A stretch of 20,000 nt of DNA from an uncultured virus (IMG/VR IMGVR_UViG_3300028854_000016) (Duplodnaviria; Heunggongvirae; Uroviricota; Caudoviricetes), in IMG/VR virus record IMGVR_UViG_3300028854_000016, positions 52,595 through 72,594 of that record; one strand, 5' to 3'. The notes beneath the pieces are model-generated. The model was not told the DNA's origin and did no database searches. It saw only the letters and a program-made list of their open reading frames with translations. The translations under genes were made by a program, and so were the position numbers. Shown piece after piece: positions 7,884 to 13,859 of this stretch; position 1 is the stretch's first letter, and every line of letters starts with the position of its first letter.

Positions 7884-8453
7884 ATGAATGAAAAAGCACA
7901 ACTGGCTGCTGTTCAACAAAATGGTCGTGCAATTGAATACATCGACAATCCAAGCGAAGCTGTGCAACTGGCTGCTGTTCAACAAAATGGTTGTGCAATT
8001 TACCACATCAGCAAGCCAAGCGAAGCTGTGCAACTGGCTGCTGTTCAAGAAGATGGTTGTGCAATTGAATACATCAGCAAGCCAAGCGAAGCTGTGCAAC
8101 TGGCTGCTGTTCAAGAAGATGGTTATGCAATTCAATTCATCAGCAATCCAAGCGAAGCTATGCAAATGGCTGCTGTTCAACAAAATGGTTATGCAATTCA
8201 ATTCATCAGCAATCCAAGCGAAGCTGTGCAACTGGCTGCTGTTCAAGAAGATGGTTGTGCAATTCAATTCATCAGCAATCCAAGCGAAGCTGTGCAAATG
8301 GCTGCTGTTCAAGAAAATGGTTATGCAATTCAATTCATCAGCAATCCAAGCGAAGCTGTGCAACTGGCTGCTGTTCAACAAAATGGTTGTGCAATTAAAT
8401 TCATAAAAAATCCAACAATTAATGTCAAATTAGTGGCTAAATTGCTGTCTTAA
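7884..8453 (+). CDS. Tandem-repeat protein (DUF4116-like, 8 x 22 aa)
   Basis: Repeat unit SEAVQLAAVQ(Q/E)(N/D)G(C/Y)AI(E/Q)(Y/F)IS(N/K)P. AVxxNGxAIxYI is characteristic of DUF4116-type repeats. Confidence 0.8.
   Translation: MNEKAQLAAVQQNGRAIEYIDNPSEAVQLAAVQQNGCAIYHISKPSEAVQLAAVQEDGCAIEYISKPSEAVQLAAVQEDGYAIQFISNPSEAMQMAAVQQNGYAIQFISNPSEAVQLAAVQEDGCAIQFISNPSEAVQMAAVQENGYAIQFISNPSEAVQLAAVQQNGCAIKFIKNPTINVKLVAKLLS
7898..8415 (+). repeat. 66-bp coding tandem repeat, 8 copies
   Basis: Unit approximately CCAAGCGAAGCTGTGCAACTGGCTGCTGTTCAAsAArATGGTTrTGCAATT...CATCAGCAA. Confidence 0.95.
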
Positions 8454-8483
8454 AATATTCAAAACAAAGCATTTATTTTCTTA

Positions 8484-8512
8484 TTGACAATCAACCCAAA
8501 GTTTGATAATAT
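8484..8512 (+). promoter_or_regulatory. Sigma70-like early promoter
   Basis: TTGACA 8484-8489, N17, TGn-TAATAT 8507-8512; ATG at 8519. Confidence 0.7.
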
Positions 8513-8518
8513 CTTTAT

Positions 8519-8749
8519 ATGACGAAAACTGAGACTGAAATTCTGAATGAGATAAAAGATCGTGGATATTCTATTATCGAGCATGGTCATGGATTTTTGC
8601 GTCATTCTACATATGGAACTCGACGCATTAATGCTCGTAACAAACTCATTCATAAAGGGTTAGTAAAGATCGATATTAGAGGAACTGAAAAAGATTCTGA
8701 ACATGGCCGATCATCCATTTCATATTGGTCAAGAATAATTTCAATTTAA
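8519..8749 (+). CDS. Hypothetical protein
   Basis: 76-aa ORF immediately after a promoter. Confidence 0.65.
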   Translation: MTKTETEILNEIKDRGYSIIEHGHGFLRHSTYGTRRINARNKLIHKGLVKIDIRGTEKDSEHGRSSISYWSRIISI

Positions 8750-8750
8750 C

Positions 8751-8779
8751 TTGACATTTAATCCAAAGTTTGGTATTCT
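8751..8779 (+). promoter_or_regulatory. Sigma70-like early promoter
   Basis: TTGACA 8751-8756, N17, TGn-TATTCT 8774-8779. Confidence 0.75.
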
Positions 8780-8806
8780 ATCTTTGTTGGACAAGAAAGA
8801 GAGCAA

Positions 8807-9241
8807 ATGAACTCATTCACTCGCACGAATCTGGCTGTTCTTCGCAACGATCTGAATACAGCCATTGCGACTGTTGCTGCAAAGCATGGTCTGATTATCT
8901 CGCTCGGTAATTGTCGCTTTACCAATACTGAAGCGCATTTCACAAAGCTGTCAATGATTACGAAGACTCTCCCAAATTCTGCTGTTGTAAATCCGTCTGC
9001 TGGATTTGGCAATGGTAGTGATCCATACAATACAGTTGAAAGCCGCGAGTATTTGCATTTGGCTTATATGTTTAATCTTCCAAAAAATGGACTTGGCTGC
9101 AAGTTTCGCGCTGGCACCACTACATATACTGTGATTGGTCTAAAGGCATCTCGCCGCAAGTATCCGGTGCTCGGTGTTGGTCCTGCTGGTGGCCGCTACA
9201 AGTTTGCTGCTGATACTGTTCGGCGCGGATTGGTGGTTTAA
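8807..9241 (+). CDS. Hypothetical phage protein
   Basis: 144-aa ORF with a purine-rich RBS; visibly higher GC than its flanks. Confidence 0.75.
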   Translation: MNSFTRTNLAVLRNDLNTAIATVAAKHGLIISLGNCRFTNTEAHFTKLSMITKTLPNSAVVNPSAGFGNGSDPYNTVESREYLHLAYMFNLPKNGLGCKFRAGTTTYTVIGLKASRRKYPVLGVGPAGGRYKFAADTVRRGLVV

Positions 9242-9243
9242 TT

Positions 9244-9474
9244 ATGATCAATAATCTTGGACATATTAACATCGATCAATTCATTACTGATCTCACTGTT
9301 ATTGATATTAAGGGAAATGCCGAAGTGCGCGACCTTCTTAAAGATGCCGTTCGTGATATTTTTGGAATCGCTGCTATTTTGGCTACTGATAACAGAAAGA
9401 GCAATCGTCAGTTGATTAATTTGGAAGCAACCAGCGTGATTTTCAAGATGAATACTATCAAAGAGTTGATTTAA
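9244..9474 (+). CDS. Hypothetical protein
   Basis: 76-aa ORF starting 2 nt after the upstream stop. Confidence 0.65.
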   Translation: MINNLGHINIDQFITDLTVIDIKGNAEVRDLLKDAVRDIFGIAAILATDNRKSNRQLINLEATSVIFKMNTIKELI

Positions 9475-9562
9475 TCATGAAAATGATTGACGTTTAAAAG
9501 AATTTGTTGATCATAATTGTGATCTAACGGCTAAAGAAGTTGAAATTGAGAAAGGCAAATCA

Positions 9563-9664
9563 ATGATTGAGTATTGTTTGGTAGCTTATACATTTTTGTT
9601 TATGACATTTCTTACAGTTGCCCAGATTCGTTTTCGTCGTGCAATGGCAAGAATTGCAAAGTAA
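9563..9664 (+). CDS. Small single-helix membrane peptide (33 aa), possibly the body of a frameshifted Flp-pilin-like gene
   Basis: MIEYCLVAYTFLFMTFLTVAQIRFRRAMARIAK; AAGG upstream; frame open back to 9491. Confidence 0.5.
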   Translation: MIEYCLVAYTFLFMTFLTVAQIRFRRAMARIAK

Positions 9665-9734
9665 TGTAAAATGAATTGCATCGTCGTTGCTCAGAGTGTA
9701 AGTTTTAGATAATCTGAATTGAAGGAGTAATAAA

Positions 9735-10025
9735 ATGCTATGGGTTATTAAACAAAGAAGTGATTATCTTACTCTTCGTAGTGATTTAATAACAATACAT
9801 CGAAAAGAATCTCATCGCTCTTGCGGAGATGAAGTAGCAAATGCATTTAATTCAATGGTTTGTAAAACTGTTAATCAGTTGGATTCCATTTTTGGAGTTG
9901 GATATATACAAAAATATTGCACAGAACCAGAGTCAATGTATATATCAGAAAAAAATATTTCCAGAGCGAATAGAATTTTGAAGAGATTGGAGCACGAATA
10001 CTTGATTAAAAAATTAGCAGAATAA
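9735..10025 (+). CDS. Hypothetical protein (C-terminal LIKKLAE)
   Basis: 96-aa ORF with AAGGAG RBS. Confidence 0.75.
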   Translation: MLWVIKQRSDYLTLRSDLITIHRKESHRSCGDEVANAFNSMVCKTVNQLDSIFGVGYIQKYCTEPESMYISEKNISRANRILKRLEHEYLIKKLAE

Positions 10026-10033
10026 AGGAAATT

Positions 10034-10219
10034 ATGACACTTGACGCAGTAATTGAAAATTTAAACCATACTATTGATGGAAAATTGAAATTGCATAAAG
10101 AATTGGTTTCAGCAAATAGTGCTATTTCTAATGTTGTTGCAAAGTTTTTGGAAATCAATATTTGGGAACTAAAAACAATTCTTGGAGATTTAAATACTTT
10201 AAAAGAGGAGAAGCAATGA
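10034..10219 (+). CDS. Hypothetical protein
   Basis: 61-aa ORF, AAGGA RBS, ATGA overlap downstream. Confidence 0.7.
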   Translation: MTLDAVIENLNHTIDGKLKLHKELVSANSAISNVVAKFLEINIWELKTILGDLNTLKEEKQ

Positions 10220-10590
10220 GTACAAGATCAGCAATCATTCGTCAAACAGAAGATGGCACATATGAAGGAATCTACTGTCACTTTGACGGTTATTTGGAAG
10301 GAGTTGGTGCGACTCTGAAAGAGTATTATATTAATCCCAAGAAAGTTGCATTTCTAATGGCACTTGGAGATTTATCATCTCTTGCAGAGAATGTTATGCC
10401 AACAAGATTCCATTCACTTGATAATCCAGAAAAAGGAGTTACTGTTGCGTATATGCGTGATCTCGGAGAAACTGATTGTGAGAAGAAAATTGGAAAGACG
10501 ATCAAATCAGTTGCAAAACAAATTGAAAATAATGGTTATGTTTATGTATTCAAAGATGGAATTTGGAAGTGCAATGGAAAGAAATTTTAA
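10216..10590 (+). CDS. Conserved phage hypothetical protein (MSTRS...IYCHxDGY type)
   Basis: GAGGAG RBS before ATG 10216; MSTRSAI...GIYCHFDGYLEGVGATL...GDLSSL...YVYVFKDGIW. Confidence 0.8.
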   Translation: MSTRSAIIRQTEDGTYEGIYCHFDGYLEGVGATLKEYYINPKKVAFLMALGDLSSLAENVMPTRFHSLDNPEKGVTVAYMRDLGETDCEKKIGKTIKSVAKQIENNGYVYVFKDGIWKCNGKKF

Positions 10591-10600
10591 CGTTGACTGA

Positions 10601-10634
10601 TTAAAATGGCCAGAAATTCTCTGACCATTTTTTG
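10601..10634. repeat. Palindromic terminator-like repeat, copy 1
   Basis: TTAAAATGGCCAGA-AATTC-TCTGACCATTTTTTG; related copies at 11748 and 16064. Confidence 0.75.
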
Positions 10635-10669
10635 AATTAGCCTGAACCCAATATTGAAAGAGAAGGAAT

Positions 10670-11140
10670 ATGAGCACGTACAGAGAACTCATCGCACAGC
10701 GCTTGAACATCGAGAACGAGTGCTTCAAACTTTCCAAGGAAGCATTCAACAAGCTTCAGGACGCTCGTGTTATCCATGACGAAAACTGGAGACCGGATTT
10801 TGACTGGAGGTTTCCAGATGAAGACACTGAGGATCGGCTCAACCCGGCTCAAGGGTACAAGTTTCACGAGGACGAGGTTACAACCAATGGAATCTGCCTC
10901 AATGGGTATAAGTACGTTGGTGGTGGGGAGAACTACTATGTCAGTATCGTCGTCCCTTTCGACTGTATCGACAACCTTGATTTATTCATTGAAGAGCGGC
11001 GTGTCTTTTACGCAGCCAAAGCGAAGAAACACAGGGAAGCCCGTCAGGCGTATCTCGCTGCACAGAAGATTGAACAAGCAGAGCATGACCGCTTGATGTA
11101 TGAACGTCTGAAAACTCAGTTTGAAGGAGCTGCACAATGA
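10670..11140 (+). CDS. Hypothetical protein with C-terminal coiled coil (YERLKTQFEG)
   Basis: 156-aa ORF, AAGGA RBS, GC-richer codon usage. Confidence 0.75.
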   Translation: MSTYRELIAQRLNIENECFKLSKEAFNKLQDARVIHDENWRPDFDWRFPDEDTEDRLNPAQGYKFHEDEVTTNGICLNGYKYVGGGENYYVSIVVPFDCIDNLDLFIEERRVFYAAKAKKHREARQAYLAAQKIEQAEHDRLMYERLKTQFEGAAQ

Positions 11141-11592
11141 ACTACACAATTCTTGCATACAAACCAGACTCTGACGACTACTGCATGGGGTGTGTCAGGG
11201 CCAGATACTCTGCTGACTTTGAATATCGCTGCACTGAAAGTCGAGAAGAGGCTGTCAAATTCATCATTGAAAAGTTGAAGGCTAATAAGAAAATGGAGTT
11301 CAATGAATCAGGATACGAAATAACCATCCTCATCAATGGCAAGGAAGTCGATTCAGGCACATGGCTTGATGAAACTGAAACGTGGGATTATTCAGATAAG
11401 GAGACCGCCCAATCGATGATGCAGGAGGCTGAAGCGATGCTTGGGAGTGAAGAAGCAGATGCTAAGGCAAAAGCTGAGGCCGCTGAGGAGGCTCAGAAGG
11501 CCGCTGACAAGGTTCGTAAGGCGCAGGAGAAGGAAGAGAACGACGCGAAAGAGTACGAACGTCTCAAAGCAAAATTTGAAATGAAAGGATAA
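11137..11592 (+). CDS. Hypothetical protein with C-terminal coiled coil (YERLKAKFE)
   Basis: 151-aa ORF, AAGGAG RBS, ATGA overlap; N-terminal CxxC. Confidence 0.75.
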   Translation: MNYTILAYKPDSDDYCMGCVRARYSADFEYRCTESREEAVKFIIEKLKANKKMEFNESGYEITILINGKEVDSGTWLDETETWDYSDKETAQSMMQEAEAMLGSEEADAKAKAEAAEEAQKAADKVRKAQEKEENDAKEYERLKAKFEMKG

Positions 11593-11594
11593 CT

Positions 11595-11693
11595 ATGTTG
11601 ATTGCTATCGCATTCGTTGTGTTATTCGTGACTTGTTTGAGAGAAGAGGCACACAGTAATAAAAAACAAAGAACTGATTCGACTGTTGCTTGA
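11595..11693 (+). CDS. Small hydrophobic peptide (32 aa)
   Basis: MLIAIAFVVLFVTCLREEAHSNKKQRTDSTVA*, AAGGA RBS. Confidence 0.4.
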   Translation: MLIAIAFVVLFVTCLREEAHSNKKQRTDSTVA

Positions 11694-11747
11694 AGAATAC
11701 CCTAGTGGGAAGACTGGGAAACCGTGCCATCTTCTGGGATGATTAAA

Positions 11748-11780
11748 TTAAAATAGCCAGATAATTTCTGGCCATTTTTG
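11748..11780. repeat. Palindromic terminator-like repeat, copy 2
   Basis: TTAAAATAGCCAGA-TAATT-TCTGGCCATTTTTG. Confidence 0.75.
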
Positions 11781-11792
11781 CATTGGAGAAAT

Positions 11793-12110
11793 ATGATTGA
11801 ATTGCCATATATGAAAAGCAGAGAATGGCTGAAAAGACAATGTGAAAATTTTTCGTCATTAGTTACAACAGATTTGTATGCTGGTATGCCAGCATACAAA
11901 CTTCACAGATACATATTAATTAGAGGAATTCTCTTTAATATAGAAACTGACATTAATCAGTGGCAACGATTGGATCGTTGTCGTCGGAACCAAACAACTG
12001 GAATTTTTTTAAAAGGAAAAGCAGCGGTCCATCGTCGTCATACTAACAAACTAAATAAACGTATTAATAAATTATATAATATTCTGTTGATTGATAAATT
12101 ATCGATATGA
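11793..12110 (+). CDS. Hypothetical protein (C-terminal LIDKLSI)
   Basis: GGAG RBS before ATG 11793 (track start 11778). Confidence 0.7.
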   Translation: MIELPYMKSREWLKRQCENFSSLVTTDLYAGMPAYKLHRYILIRGILFNIETDINQWQRLDRCRRNQTTGIFLKGKAAVHRRHTNKLNKRINKLYNILLIDKLSI

Positions 12111-12358
12111 CAAAAAATGAATTACATATATACGAGTTGAGCGAATGGCCAAAAAAATATAAAGTCATTATTAATTTAATATGTCCAATTATTGGATATT
12201 GGCTGCACCTAAATAACGAAATTAATTTAAAATTAAATGAAATTACTATAGATGTTGATAATGCTGTGCAAATTGGAAGAATATTTGCATCAAATGAAAT
12301 TAATGAAAAGATAGATAATCTTTTTACTCTAATTATGATAGCAAAGTTTATAGAATGA
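12107..12358 (+). CDS. Hypothetical protein (C-terminal MIAKFIE)
   Basis: 83-aa ORF, ATGA overlaps on both sides. Confidence 0.7.
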   Translation: MTKNELHIYELSEWPKKYKVIINLICPIIGYWLHLNNEINLKLNEITIDVDNAVQIGRIFASNEINEKIDNLFTLIMIAKFIE

Positions 12359-12633
12359 AAAATTCATATCAAGAATTAGAAAAACGATATAAATTATTGA
12401 TGGGTTATATTCACGAATATTATATAAAATGTGATTATACTTATCCTTACATTATTTCTCTAGAAGAAGATGCATTTCTTAATAATGAATATAAATTATA
12501 TAATTATTATTATTTCTTTATAAAAACAGTTAACGATATGCACTCTCACACCCGAAAAATTAAATATAAACAGATAGTTAACTTAATGACTGAAATAGAA
12601 AATTATTTGTTAGAATGGAGATTATCATCATGA
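12355..12633 (+). CDS. Hypothetical protein (C-terminal LEWRLSS)
   Basis: 92-aa ORF, ATGA overlaps. Confidence 0.7.
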   Translation: MKNSYQELEKRYKLLMGYIHEYYIKCDYTYPYIISLEEDAFLNNEYKLYNYYYFFIKTVNDMHSHTRKIKYKQIVNLMTEIENYLLEWRLSS

Positions 12634-12887
12634 CTATTTCTCAAAGATATAAATTTTTATATACACAAATTAGAAAAATAAGTAATGCATATAATTTTCT
12701 TATTAAAGATGTAGAATTTCAAGAAATTTTAGATATATTGTCTGACTTGAAAAGAAGCATTTATAATTAGGACAACGGATATTATCACTATTTAAGCGCA
12801 AAAGAACAATATGATTATCAGGAAGTATTAATTAATAAATTGGATGATTTAGAAAATAAAATTCTACTTTTTAAGTTGGCTCGATGA
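12630..12887 (+). pseudogene. 85-codon gene interrupted by a single in-frame TAG (C-terminal LLFKLAR)
   Basis: MTISQRYKFLYTQIRK...KRSIYN[TAG 12768-12770]DNGYYHYL...LDDLENKILLFKLAR*. Resembles the upstream gene (RYKLL...IENYLLEWRLSS). Confidence 0.7.
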
Positions 12888-12904
12888 GAGATTTATTTGA
12901 ACGA

Positions 12905-12946
12905 TATAAATATAACGAAAGAGACTATTATCTCTCTTTCGTTATA
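12905..12946 (+). promoter_or_regulatory. Perfect T4-type late promoter TATAAATA followed by a 14-bp hairpin
   Basis: TATAAATA 12905-12912; TATAACGAAAGAGA-N8-TCTCTTTCGTTATA 12911-12946; AAGGA RBS directly after. Confidence 0.65.
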
Positions 12947-12956
12947 TAAGGAAAAA

Positions 12957-13859
12957 ATGAAGATATATGTGTTGGGCTGTGCTGGAATGCTTGGGAATGC
13001 TTTATATAAATATTTTACAAACAAACAGAATTATGTTTTTGCAACAGATATTAATTTAATTGATAAATGGCTTTATTATAGAGATGTCAAAGATTATGAA
13101 GGAATGCTCCGAGATGTAACTATATTTAAGCCTAATGTGATTATTAATCTTGCTGCAATGACTGACTTAGAAGAATGCGAACTTAATGCTAGAGAATCTA
13201 TGGAAGTAAATGCTATTGGCTCTGCTAATTGTGCAGCTTTAGCAAGACTTCAAAATGTTCCATATGTTTACATAAGTACTGCTGGAATATTTGATGGTTC
13301 ACAAGAAGAGTATTCAGAAGAAGATATTCCCAACCCTCTTAGTTGGTATGCAAAGTCTAAATATCAAGGTGAACTTTTTGCTGAAACTGCTCCAAAGCAT
13401 ATTATATTACGTTGCGGTTGGCAAATGGGAGGATGTAATGCAGACAAAAAATTTATTTATAAAATTATGAAGCAATTAAAATCTGGAGTTACAGAATTAA
13501 ATGTAGTGCAAGATAAATTAGGAAGCCCAACATATACCATAGATTTTACAAAACAAATTGAAAAAATGCTCCAAACAAAATCATATGGAATATGGAATGC
13601 TGTTTGCCAAGGAAATGCAAGTAGATACGATGTTGCTATTGAATTAATAAAATTACTTAATTTAGAAAATACCATTAAAGTAAACATAGTTGCATCTGAT
13701 TTTTTTTCTGAGACATTTTTTGCTCCCAGACCAGCGAGTGAAAAATTAATAACAAATAAAATTAAAAATTCAGGATTATATGTAATGAGACACTGGAAAG
13801 AATGTCTTAAAGATTATATTACAAATAATCCAGATTACTTTACATTGGATGAAAAATAA
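12957..13859 (+). CDS. RmlD-like NDP-sugar 4-keto reductase (extended SDR)
   Basis: GCAGMLG Rossmann motif, IINLAAMT, YISTAGIFDG, YAKSK (YxxxK), DKLGSPTY, APRP. Likely start is ATG 12957. Confidence 0.88.
   Translation: MKIYVLGCAGMLGNALYKYFTNKQNYVFATDINLIDKWLYYRDVKDYEGMLRDVTIFKPNVIINLAAMTDLEECELNARESMEVNAIGSANCAALARLQNVPYVYISTAGIFDGSQEEYSEEDIPNPLSWYAKSKYQGELFAETAPKHIILRCGWQMGGCNADKKFIYKIMKQLKSGVTELNVVQDKLGSPTYTIDFTKQIEKMLQTKSYGIWNAVCQGNASRYDVAIELIKLLNLENTIKVNIVASDFFSETFFAPRPASEKLITNKIKNSGLYVMRHWKECLKDYITNNPDYFTLDEK

Noticed and set aside
7878..8406. Alternative-frame ORFs 7878-8381(-) and 7888-8406(+)
   Set aside because: Shadows of the stop-free tandem repeat; the 7884 frame has the promoter spacing and a recognisable repeat motif.
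7898..8415. CRISPR array
   Set aside because: The units are contiguous 66-bp coding repeats with no unique spacers, and there are no cas genes.
9487..9517. Sigma70 promoter TTGACG...CATAAT
   Set aside because: The spacer is 19 bp, unlike the 17-18 bp of the other promoters; not supported enough to call.
11712..11726. Cobalamin riboswitch (ACTGGGAAACCG)
   Set aside because: Lacks the following GGAAG B12-box and the rest of the aptamer; the intergenic space is too short.
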